DNA of 50,150 bases from a virus (lineage: Duplodnaviria; Caudoviricetes): positions 1 through 50,150 of IMG/VR virus record IMGVR_UViG_3300025070_000055; one strand, written 5' to 3'. The position numbers and the translations under genes are program-made. Below are positions 17,973-26,097 of the stretch, in pieces. The notes beneath the pieces are model-generated. The model made no database searches and had not been told where the DNA came from. It was given only the letters and a program-made list of their open reading frames with translations. How positions within the stretch are numbered: position 1 is the stretch's first letter; each line of letters begins with the position of its first letter.

Positions 17973-18135
17973 AATCATTCTCGCCATTGCTTGGTCTGTA
18001 ATACTTGTATTACTTACCTATTTGACCATTGCTGTTGTGTCACTCAATGGTCACTTGCACATACTCATTGGCATTGCGGTTCCCGTTGCAATGTTGGGGT
18101 TTATCACAATTTGTGAAAGGCCGCTTGACAAGTAG
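17965..18135 (+). CDS. Small two-TM membrane protein
   Basis: Two hydrophobic stretches; overlaps upstream stop. Confidence 0.55.
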   Translation: MIKIILAIAWSVILVLLTYLTIAVVSLNGHLHILIGIAVPVAMLGFITICERPLDK

Positions 18136-18200
18136 TATTACATAGTTATATAAACACTTGATACTTTAGTGAAAGTGTTATATAACATATGTATAATACT
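18134..18200 (+). repeat. Long bulged inverted repeat overlapping a possible promoter
   Basis: AGTATTACATAGTTATATAAACACTT pairs with AAGTGTTATATAACATATGTATAATACT; TTGACA at 18125. Confidence 0.75.
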
Positions 18201-18249
18201 AAAGATAACTGAAACCGTCCAATGTTGGACACTTTAAACGGAGTTTACT

Positions 18250-18513
18250 ATGTTCTATCAAGATCTCTGCCAAACATACTCAGATGTATACAAAGACTTT
18301 CATGGTGTACGTCCACCATCAGGCCATAACATGTCCGTTGTAGAGTTGCTAGAGCAAATTGATATGTACCAAAAGTACATAGAAGAAGATCTAGCACAAG
18401 AACGTGCCATTGAGGATGCAAGCATCAATGCTTGTATGGATCATGGTGCTCCTGACATAGACACTGCCATGCGGTGGCTTGAACAAGCTAACATCCATGC
18501 TCAATGGGTGTAA
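18250..18513 (+). CDS. Hypothetical early protein
   Basis: 87 aa; YSDVYKDFHGVRP motif; GGAG RBS. Confidence 0.75.
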   Translation: MFYQDLCQTYSDVYKDFHGVRPPSGHNMSVVELLEQIDMYQKYIEEDLAQERAIEDASINACMDHGAPDIDTAMRWLEQANIHAQWV

Positions 18514-18620
18514 GCAGATATAAGTACACTTGGAAGTTATATTTAACTTTCACTATACATAATCAATGGTGTGGAGATAGGCCGTCCAGTCTACAACCCA
18601 AGTGTATTTTTATCTGCTTA
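18511..18620 (+). ncRNA. Candidate structured RNA (multibranch stem-loop)
   Basis: 23-bp closing stem 18511-18533/18598-18620 with 2 differences, enclosing three small hairpins. Confidence 0.4.
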
Positions 18621-18663
18621 ACTGAAACCGTCCAATGTTGGACACTTTTACGGAGTAACCGTT

Positions 18664-19293
18664 ATGACTAAACCTGCAGTACACATTTCAACCATGACAG
18701 GCAAGCTGGATGGATTTCGTGCCATCAGCACAAACACTCGTACAAATACATATTGCCTTGAGCAACATGAACGTGCAGTAGAGCACAAGACTGACAATAT
18801 TTGTGGTGATTGCTATAGCCATGCTATGCTCAAGGGCTATCGTAAAAACATGGCTCCTGCCTTACAACGTAACAGTGATTTGTTGGCTACCCGTCCATTG
18901 GAACCGTATGAAATACCACGCATTAATGATGCAGTATTTCGTTTCAATGCTCATGGTGAATTGATCAACATGCAGCATATGGAAAACCTTATGGCTATTG
19001 TCCTTGACAATCCTTGGTGCACATTCGCCCTATGGACGAAACGTGTGGACCTAGTATTCCGTTGGCTACGTAACAATGCCAAGCCATCCAATTTGAATTT
19101 GATTTACTCAAATCCTAAGAAGTCGCATATCATGTCAAAGCCACCAAAACATTTTGACAAGACGTTCAACAACGTGCTAGAACATGAGCATGTAGATCAA
19201 CAAAACTGCACTGGGCAGAAGTGCAAAGACTGTCGTATCTGCTACACTATGAACGACATATTCACCATTGTAGAGAAGGTTAAAAAGTATTAA
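18664..19293 (+). CDS. Gp88-like Cys-rich protein (radical-SAM-like fold suspected)
   Basis: ICGDCY, FRFNAHGEL, FALWTKR, CTGQKCKDCRICY. Confidence 0.65.
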   Translation: MTKPAVHISTMTGKLDGFRAISTNTRTNTYCLEQHERAVEHKTDNICGDCYSHAMLKGYRKNMAPALQRNSDLLATRPLEPYEIPRINDAVFRFNAHGELINMQHMENLMAIVLDNPWCTFALWTKRVDLVFRWLRNNAKPSNLNLIYSNPKKSHIMSKPPKHFDKTFNNVLEHEHVDQQNCTGQKCKDCRICYTMNDIFTIVEKVKKY

Positions 19294-19457
19294 TGAAGAA
19301 ATCTGTAACATACCGAAACCCTGTGGCAAAGGCTATGTTGCAGGAGCGTAAATCACCACAAGTCGTGCCGCCTAAGAAAGGTGGCAAGGCTAAACGCAAC
19401 CGAAGAAAGGACAATCTCAATGCGATACGAGATGCAAAACTTTATCAAGATGACTAA
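19293..19457 (+). CDS. 54-aa basic protein, ArfA-like pattern (not in ORF track)
   Basis: MKKSVTYRNPVAKAMLQERKSPQVVPPKKGGKAKRNRRKDNLNAIRDAKLYQDD; TAATG coupling. Confidence 0.6.
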   Translation: MKKSVTYRNPVAKAMLQERKSPQVVPPKKGGKAKRNRRKDNLNAIRDAKLYQDD

Positions 19458-19578
19458 ACGAAAACCGTCCAATGTTGGACAGTCTGGCGACAGACAAAAA
19501 TCTACTCGTGATGAGTGGAAACGTGCTCGTAAAATTGCACGTCAAACTAAACTTAACCTTCGTAAAAAAGTAGCATAG
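19420..19578 (+). CDS. Small basic hypothetical protein
   Basis: Likely start 19420 (AAGGA RBS); contains a palindrome copy encoding SNVGQS. Confidence 0.55.
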   Translation: MRYEMQNFIKMTKRKPSNVGQSGDRQKSTRDEWKRARKIARQTKLNLRKKVA

Positions 19579-19589
19579 GAGCTAACACA

Positions 19590-19928
19590 ATGACAAACTC
19601 AAACGTAAATGCACCCGTAGTAAAAACTTCTCACCCAGAATTGTATGCAGAGCATACGTTCCACATGAGCAAAGCACGTAAGTATACCTACAACTACGTG
19701 GTAATTGACGAAGTTATTCGTGAGCTTTGGGGCGAAATGACTATGGAAGAAATTGCAGAAGCAATGAATGAGTACCCCAACCGTATCAAATATCGTGTGA
19801 GAGTTCTCAAAGAGCTTGGTGTAATCAAAAACAAATACAACATGGAACGTGCCAACCTTATGCGGCAGCGTAAAGAGGCAGCTACATGGTTGAAAGAGAT
19901 TGACGCAGAGCTTGCGAAAGTAGGCTAA
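19590..19928 (+). CDS. HTH DNA-binding protein
   Basis: MTMEEIAEAMNEYPNRIKYRVRVLKELGVI winged-HTH pattern; AGGAG RBS. Confidence 0.7.
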   Translation: MTNSNVNAPVVKTSHPELYAEHTFHMSKARKYTYNYVVIDEVIRELWGEMTMEEIAEAMNEYPNRIKYRVRVLKELGVIKNKYNMERANLMRQRKEAATWLKEIDAELAKVG

Positions 19929-20113
19929 TGCTCTACCTATTGTTCACACCTTTCGCTGGCTACTTTGCTATGCTAATTACTATTGTAATCATGCACAGCG
20001 TAGGCTATGACGTGAGAGGTGTGGACACCTTCACTATCTGGTGTGTATACATTCAGATATACGTATACTTATTTGTGATAACAAAACTGAAAGGTAAAAC
20101 CGATGAGAGTTGA
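19928..20113 (+). CDS. Small membrane protein
   Basis: Two hydrophobic segments; TAATG coupling. Confidence 0.55.
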   Translation: MLYLLFTPFAGYFAMLITIVIMHSVGYDVRGVDTFTIWCVYIQIYVYLFVITKLKGKTDES

Positions 20114-20474
20114 AGTATACTTCAATCTACATAAGAAAACATTCTCTGTTCGTTCATGTGAGACAGGTAGAGTTATACATCACACTGACGAAATACACAT
20201 TGTAAACCCTGAGTTTGTAGTGCGTCAGTCAGGGCGTAACCGTGTGCTCAGTGAGGGCAGGAAGAATGTTCATGCCTTTGTGCGAGGTAATTGCCCTTTT
20301 TACCGTCTTAATCCAAGGAACGCAACATTGGACACGATAACCTACAATCCATACAAGTATGTATCTTTTGTTGACAAGCAGACAGAAGAACCTGTATACG
20401 AAGCAAGTCGGGCATGGCTAACTGTGACCGACAAGATACCAACAATACAAGCAGAAGGAGTACAATATGACTAA
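20103..20474 (+). CDS. Hypothetical phage protein
   Basis: VYFNLHKKTFSV, EGRKNVHAFV and ITYNPYK motifs common in phage early genes. Confidence 0.75.
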   Translation: MRVEVYFNLHKKTFSVRSCETGRVIHHTDEIHIVNPEFVVRQSGRNRVLSEGRKNVHAFVRGNCPFYRLNPRNATLDTITYNPYKYVSFVDKQTEEPVYEASRAWLTVTDKIPTIQAEGVQYD

Positions 20475-20739
20475 GCTAAAAACAAAACTAACTCGTGACG
20501 AAGTACAGAAACTATGTGACTTGTACAACGCAATGGATAGCATCCTAGATGGCGCAGGTGAAACGTTTGACGTTAGCCTAAGTGATCTACATAGCTTGCG
20601 TAATGAGGCATGGAAGCTACGTGGCATGTTTGAGTTCAGAAGTCAGAAGCATGACGAAGATCCAAACAGACCTGCACACTGGATGCCGCAGGTATTACCT
20701 GACGATGATCGTGCATGGTATTACAATGCCGAGCATTAA
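20467..20739 (+). CDS. Hypothetical protein
   Basis: AAGGAG RBS; 90 aa. Confidence 0.65.
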   Translation: MTKLKTKLTRDEVQKLCDLYNAMDSILDGAGETFDVSLSDLHSLRNEAWKLRGMFEFRSQKHDEDPNRPAHWMPQVLPDDDRAWYYNAEH

Positions 20740-20965
20740 GGCATACGAAATTGTCTTAGAGATTGATGGACAGGAGAGTTGTATCACACTTGATGATACC
20801 TTTCCTGCCATTGATAGCTGGGCAAGTGCTTGCAGCATGGCAGTCCTGATGGCAAAGCACATTCACCCCGACAAGGAAGTAGAGTTCGTATCATGTGCAG
20901 AATACGAAGCAGACGAGTATGCAGACATTGGTTATGTCTATGATGCACCAGTAGTATTGCAATAG
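20726..20965 (+). CDS. Acidic hypothetical protein
   Basis: Likely start MPSIKAYE at 20726. Confidence 0.55.
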   Translation: MPSIKAYEIVLEIDGQESCITLDDTFPAIDSWASACSMAVLMAKHIHPDKEVEFVSCAEYEADEYADIGYVYDAPVVLQ

Positions 20966-20974
20966 GAGAAAGCA

Positions 20975-21361
20975 ATGGCAGCTAAGATTAAACTAACTAA
21001 AACGATGCTTGATAAGAGCATCATTGACGCCAACAAAACTGTGCAAACTTTTTTGCTAGAGGACTTTGGTATGGACTATACCGACAAGTTTTTTACTGAA
21101 ACAATCTTCAACGCTGAGAAAGATAAGTGGGAGCGTAACAAGTTCACTGTCACAGGTGAATACATTGATGGCACAGAAGCTGTCATCACATTCTATCGCA
21201 GCGGCAAGCGTGGTGATAGACGCATTAGCATCCAGAAGCTAAGGCAATATGCAGATGCAGGTAATGAAGTACGCCTCATCTCAGACAGCGAAAGCGATGG
21301 CGATGGTACACGTATATTCATATCAGTCTACACATCTGGATCAGAAACCGATGCCGCCTGA
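20975..21361 (+). CDS. Hypothetical protein
   Basis: AGGAG RBS; LTKTMLDKSIIDAN..RGDRRISI. Confidence 0.7.
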   Translation: MAAKIKLTKTMLDKSIIDANKTVQTFLLEDFGMDYTDKFFTETIFNAEKDKWERNKFTVTGEYIDGTEAVITFYRSGKRGDRRISIQKLRQYADAGNEVRLISDSESDGDGTRIFISVYTSGSETDAA

Positions 21362-21412
21362 TGATCCATGTGATGATTGGTCAGGTACACCTTTACCTAA
21401 GAGGAAAGACAA

Positions 21413-21808
21413 ATGATTGAAGCAGCATTGATGTGCCTTGCACTTAACGTGTACTTTGAGGCACGTAACGACAGTATGGTTGGACAGTATGCCGTAGCAC
21501 AGGTAGTCATGAACCGTGTGCAGTCCAGCAAGTTTCCCAATGACGTGTGCTCTGTGGTTAAGCAGTCACGTAATGACGGTACATGCCAGTTTAGTTGGTA
21601 CTGTGACGGTAAAAGTGACAGGCCACGTGAGGCATATGCATGGGCTTATGCTCAGATGGTTGCAGCAGATACCTTGATAGGTCAGGGTATTGATGTGACA
21701 GACATTACACAAGGTGCAACGCACTATCATGCAAACTATGTACGTCCATATTGGGCTGACAAACTAGAGTACACTGTGACTTATGGGTCACACCTGTTCT
21801 ACAAATAG
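21413..21808 (+). CDS. Cell wall hydrolase, SleB/Hydrolase_2 family
   Basis: CLALNVYFEAR, VAQVVMNRV, CQFSW, GATHYHA, GSHLFY. Confidence 0.92.
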   Translation: MIEAALMCLALNVYFEARNDSMVGQYAVAQVVMNRVQSSKFPNDVCSVVKQSRNDGTCQFSWYCDGKSDRPREAYAWAYAQMVAADTLIGQGIDVTDITQGATHYHANYVRPYWADKLEYTVTYGSHLFYK

Positions 21809-21889
21809 CTAACGCCCCTTAGTAGGGTATTGTATAGCTTACATAACTATGGCACAGTTGCCGCATACTTAACACAAGGAGAAAATAGT

Positions 21890-22738
21890 ATGGCTTTTGA
21901 TTTTAATCACCCAGATATCGTACCTGATTACATGGACTTTGACGTAGCCTTTGAGCCAACCAAGGTGAAAGACAAGAAGTACGTCATCAATGCTTCATCA
22001 GGTGAATACCTTGGCGTAGTAGGTAACACGTTTACTTGTGCGTCACACGGTGACTTTTACCGTGGTGTCCTTGACACAGTGACAGAAGAACTGTCTGACC
22101 ATGAGTTAGCAAATGCCAATACACATTGGCGTACTGCACGTAATGGTGCATGGGCTATGCTTGACATCACCCTGCCCAACATGAAGACTGTCATTGAGAC
22201 AGACAAACACAGCACTGAGATTGGTAATCGTATCATATCATTACATGGTATTGACGGATCGTGCAGCAATCAGGTGTACTTTGGTGCCATTGATTTCTTT
22301 TGTACCAATGGAATGATTAGAGGGGAGTATGACAAAGTGCGTAAGAAAAACACATCTAACTTTACTATGGAAAGTTTCATCTATGAACTGACACGGGCAC
22401 GTAAGGACTTCTACGAAGAAGCCAGCAAGATGCAAGTGTGGGCACAGACTGACCTCAAGTATGTAGATGTAAGCTCACTGCTTGACAGCATGATTGCATC
22501 TAAGCGTAAGTCTGAGAAGATGTACAGCTTGTACATGCAAGAGGCTTCACAACGTGGTCACAACAAGTGGGCACTGTATTCTGCCTTCACCAACTATGCC
22601 AGCTATGCTGATGAGCGCAATGGGTTCAACCTGCGTAACACTGGCAATGACACACAGGCTGTAAGCATGTGGTCACGTGAGCAAGAGGTATCTAAGTGGG
22701 TATCTGATGACAAGTTCATCACCTTGGAAGCGGCTTAA
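21890..22738 (+). CDS. DUF932-family protein
   Basis: YLGVVG, HGIDGS, FCTNGM, NKWALYSAFTNYAS; start 21890 with AAGGAG RBS. Confidence 0.75.
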   Translation: MAFDFNHPDIVPDYMDFDVAFEPTKVKDKKYVINASSGEYLGVVGNTFTCASHGDFYRGVLDTVTEELSDHELANANTHWRTARNGAWAMLDITLPNMKTVIETDKHSTEIGNRIISLHGIDGSCSNQVYFGAIDFFCTNGMIRGEYDKVRKKNTSNFTMESFIYELTRARKDFYEEASKMQVWAQTDLKYVDVSSLLDSMIASKRKSEKMYSLYMQEASQRGHNKWALYSAFTNYASYADERNGFNLRNTGNDTQAVSMWSREQEVSKWVSDDKFITLEAA

Positions 22739-22992
22739 TGCGTATGTCAAGTAATGATTGGTGGGAGTATCTCAAGTGGGCTTCTTCCCACCACCTTACG
22801 GAAACATTTCCAGATGCGGTTTTATCTGACTCAGAAACTGATGAGTATGAAATGCATGAGGAACGTTTAACATGGATAGATCTTCATGTTACAGAACGTA
22901 ACGAAAACAGGGATAGAGATGATATTTTTGATGAGATACATGTGCTTGCTGTAAGCGCATATGAATTGGTAAAGGAAAAACTTAATGCCTAA
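22738..22992 (+). CDS. Acidic hypothetical protein
   Basis: 84 aa, coupled to both neighbours. Confidence 0.6.
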   Translation: MRMSSNDWWEYLKWASSHHLTETFPDAVLSDSETDEYEMHEERLTWIDLHVTERNENRDRDDIFDEIHVLAVSAYELVKEKLNA

Positions 22993-24109
22993 ACTACCAC
23001 GCTATGTACAAGAACGAGCTTCACCCTCTGGGGTGATCTCATACCGCTTTAACCCGCCACAGAACCTTGTTGATGAGGGTGTGGTCAAACGTGAGGAATA
23101 TGGTACAGACTTAAAACAAGTACGCAAGATTGTTCGTGATCACAATAAGGCGATTGATACGTGGCGTGAAGAACAATCACAGATTGTACGAATAAAGTCT
23201 AGCAGCAAGGTTACTGATCTCATTAACTATTACTATATGTCTAATGATTTCAATGCGTTACGTCATACAACTAAGGTTGACTACAGGTACTTTCTGACTG
23301 TGCTGCACCAGACTATGGGGTGGCGTAAGTATGAACACGTTACCTCTAAGGTTGCAAAGCAAGCATATGAAGAGTGGGTCAAACGTGGCATCAGTTTCGC
23401 TAATCATGCGGCAACATGTGCCAGTAGGGTGTACAACTACGCAATACAAATGGAGCATACCACGTACAATCCTTGGGCAAACATTAAGCGTAAGTCACCA
23501 CAACAGCGTAAGGTAGTGTGGACACATGATGATGTTGTCAAGTTTCTTGACGTAGCATACAGTGACTTTGAGTATCGTAACATTGGCCTGATTGTTCAGA
23601 TGGCATACGAGTGGTGCCAGCGACTAGGTGACATGCGTATGTTGACGTGGGATAACATTGACTTTCGTACTCAGAAGCTCACACTTGAGCAGAGTAAACG
23701 TAGGGCTGACGTAGAGCTACCAATATCAGAGGATCTATTGCACATGTTGAATGAACAGCGTACCGACTTTGGTTTTCAAGACTACGTTGCCCCACATCCT
23801 AGACCTACGGATGGTTCGTATAACCCCTATGCTATGGAGAGACTATCCAAAGTGGGTAGAAGGGTAATGCGTCTAGCTAAACTACCCGAAGAGTTACGTC
23901 TTATGGACTTACGTAGGACAGGTGTAACACAGATGGTGGATGCTGGTGTACCATTGCCCCAAGTTATGGCAGTGACAGGACACAATCATGTGTCTTCTGT
24001 GAAACCATATATGAAACATACTTACACAAGTGCAAATAGTGCCTTGACACAGAGAAACGTAAGTGTATCCTTGAGTGGAGCGAACAGCATAGAAAGTGAT
24101 ACAGCATGA
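22985..24109 (+). CDS. int: Tyrosine recombinase / integrase
   Basis: CQRLGD (R), QSK (K), MDLRRT, VTGH, KPY (catalytic Y). Confidence 0.9.
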   Translation: MPKLPRYVQERASPSGVISYRFNPPQNLVDEGVVKREEYGTDLKQVRKIVRDHNKAIDTWREEQSQIVRIKSSSKVTDLINYYYMSNDFNALRHTTKVDYRYFLTVLHQTMGWRKYEHVTSKVAKQAYEEWVKRGISFANHAATCASRVYNYAIQMEHTTYNPWANIKRKSPQQRKVVWTHDDVVKFLDVAYSDFEYRNIGLIVQMAYEWCQRLGDMRMLTWDNIDFRTQKLTLEQSKRRADVELPISEDLLHMLNEQRTDFGFQDYVAPHPRPTDGSYNPYAMERLSKVGRRVMRLAKLPEELRLMDLRRTGVTQMVDAGVPLPQVMAVTGHNHVSSVKPYMKHTYTSANSALTQRNVSVSLSGANSIESDTA

Positions 24110-24870
24110 ATATGAATGATCTTATACGTGATTTAGAATTGTCTAATGGTCAAACTAAACGTATGACATGTCCATCATGTAATACTAAGAATACATTTAC
24201 TATTACTAATAATATGGGTAAGATCATATGGAACTGTTACAAGGCTGGGTGCAGTGTGTCGGGTGGCACACGTACTCAACTGACTGCTGATGACATACGT
24301 AAGTCATTGGGTAGTGTTGCAGAAGAGACACATGTATCAACATTCTCAAAACCAGATTGGTTTGTACGTGATGATGCAAAGATCAGAGACTTCTGTGACC
24401 AGTGGGAGCTAGACCCACAAGATTTAGGCTTGTTGTATGACGTTAAGGAACATCGTGTGGTGTTCCCTGTTGTACACAATGGAGTTACAGTCGATGCCAC
24501 AGGCAGATCACTGGGTAAACGTATACCTAAGTGGAAAAGATATGGTAAAAGTGACTTGCCATACGCTGCTGGACGTGGTAAAACGGCTGTAGTTGTTGAG
24601 GACTGCGTAAGTGCTGCTATTGTAGGTGATGGTGGTGTATATGTCGGGGTCGCAGTGTTGGGTACATCATTGTCCAATGGACACAAGAGGTACTTATCGC
24701 AGTTCTCAACAGCAATAATTGCGTTAGACCCCGATGCGTTACCCAAGACACTGCAGTTTGCAAGAGAACTACGTCAGTACGTGGACACTATCAAGATCCT
24801 GTACTTGCGTGACGATTTGAAATACCGTAACCCTACCGACTTTGAAAACCTTACAACACTAGGAGACTAA
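24106..24870 (+). CDS. DNA primase (Zn finger plus TOPRIM)
   Basis: CPSC..CYKAGC; VVEDCVSA, LGT, ALDPDA. Confidence 0.9.
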   Translation: MNMNDLIRDLELSNGQTKRMTCPSCNTKNTFTITNNMGKIIWNCYKAGCSVSGGTRTQLTADDIRKSLGSVAEETHVSTFSKPDWFVRDDAKIRDFCDQWELDPQDLGLLYDVKEHRVVFPVVHNGVTVDATGRSLGKRIPKWKRYGKSDLPYAAGRGKTAVVVEDCVSAAIVGDGGVYVGVAVLGTSLSNGHKRYLSQFSTAIIALDPDALPKTLQFARELRQYVDTIKILYLRDDLKYRNPTDFENLTTLGD

Positions 24871-24873
24871 CAC

Positions 24874-26097
24874 ATGGAATTATCATTGATACGTAGTCTG
24901 ATGGACAAAGACTTCTATGACGAGCATCGTGGTGCACGTTGTCCAGACAGACTATTCAGTAAAGATGTACGCAAGATCAAGCAGTCTATTGACACTGCTA
25001 TGGATCGCTATGAGCGTACAGTTACACCAGCAGAGATTGAGGCATTGTTCATGGCGAACAACCCTACTCTCACAACCGCACAGAAGACTGCCTACAGCCA
25101 CCTGTTTGGGCAGGTAAGCAAGGAGCAGCCAATGGGCAGTGACGTAGCACAAGAGGTGCTGTCTAAGCTGTTCCAACAGGTAATCGGTGAAGACATTGCC
25201 AACCTTGGCTTTGATTATGTAAATGGTAGCAAGTCTACACTAGAGCCATTACGTCAGATGCTTGAGCAGTATGGAGATGACTTCACACCCAACCTACGTA
25301 TTGATTGGGAAGACATTGACCTTGATACTATCCTTGCCATGACTGACCTTGAGTCACAGTGGACATTCAACATCCCTACGTTGACACGTAAAGTTGAGGG
25401 CATTAATGCCGGTCACTTGATTGAGGTAGGTGCACGTCCTAACACAGGCAAGACATCCTTTCATGCCTCACTTGTGGCTGGGCCTAACGGCTTTGCATGG
25501 CAGGGTGCCCGTGTTGTTGTGTTGTGTAACGAAGAAGGCTACCACCGTGTGGCTCATCGCTACATCACGGCAGCTACAGGCATGGACAAGTTTGAGATTG
25601 TTAAGAACAAACAGGAAGCCATGCGTGTCTTTGGTCAGATACGTGACAAGATCATGTTCAAGGATGCAACAGGACGTGACATGAACTGGGTGGAGTCTGT
25701 GTGCAAGTCATACAAACCTGACGTAGTTATCTTAGACATGGGCGACAAGTTTGCCCGTACCGCTGGCTTCTCACGTCCTGATGAGGCACTCAAGGCTAAC
25801 GCCATACAAGCACGTCAGATTGCCAAGCAGCAAGAGTGTGCTGTGTTCTATATGTCTCAGCTATCTGCAGAGGCAGAAGGTAAGGTTGTACTCAACCAAG
25901 CCATGATGGAAGGCTCACGTACAGGTAAGGCAGCAGAAGCTGACCTTATGATTATGATCTCCAAGAACCCTACAGTTGAGGGTCAAGAGGAAGAAGACAA
26001 CCAACGCCACATCAATGTGGTCAAAAACAAATTGTCTGGGTGGCACGGCATTGTTCACACAGATCTTGAATACAAGATAGCGAGGTACGTATCATGA
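24874..26097 (+). CDS. Replicative DNA helicase, DnaB/SF4
   Basis: GARPNTGKT, ILDMGD, MSQL, VVKNK. Confidence 0.92.
   Translation: MELSLIRSLMDKDFYDEHRGARCPDRLFSKDVRKIKQSIDTAMDRYERTVTPAEIEALFMANNPTLTTAQKTAYSHLFGQVSKEQPMGSDVAQEVLSKLFQQVIGEDIANLGFDYVNGSKSTLEPLRQMLEQYGDDFTPNLRIDWEDIDLDTILAMTDLESQWTFNIPTLTRKVEGINAGHLIEVGARPNTGKTSFHASLVAGPNGFAWQGARVVVLCNEEGYHRVAHRYITAATGMDKFEIVKNKQEAMRVFGQIRDKIMFKDATGRDMNWVESVCKSYKPDVVILDMGDKFARTAGFSRPDEALKANAIQARQIAKQQECAVFYMSQLSAEAEGKVVLNQAMMEGSRTGKAAEADLMIMISKNPTVEGQEEEDNQRHINVVKNKLSGWHGIVHTDLEYKIARYVS

Larger units (their letters stand above)
18206..18648 (+). repeat. 30-bp perfect direct repeat flanking one gene
   Basis: TAACTGAAACCGTCCAATGTTGGACACTTT at 18206-18235 and 18619-18648, each followed by ACGGAG RBS. 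Confidence 0.95.
16717..19480. repeat. Six copies of palindrome GTCCAA-NN-TTGGAC
   Basis: Exact copies at 16717, 17398, 17672, 18217, 18630 and 19467; degenerate copy at 20320. Confidence 0.95.

Noticed and set aside
18511-18620. tRNA gene
   Set aside because: No T-loop TTCRA or D-loop consensus; closing stem far longer than an acceptor stem
16717-19480. CRISPR array interpretation of the palindromic repeats
   Set aside because: Spacing is irregular (274-837 bp), copies lie inside genes, and there is no cas operon; the Cas4-like gene is an ordinary phage exonuclease
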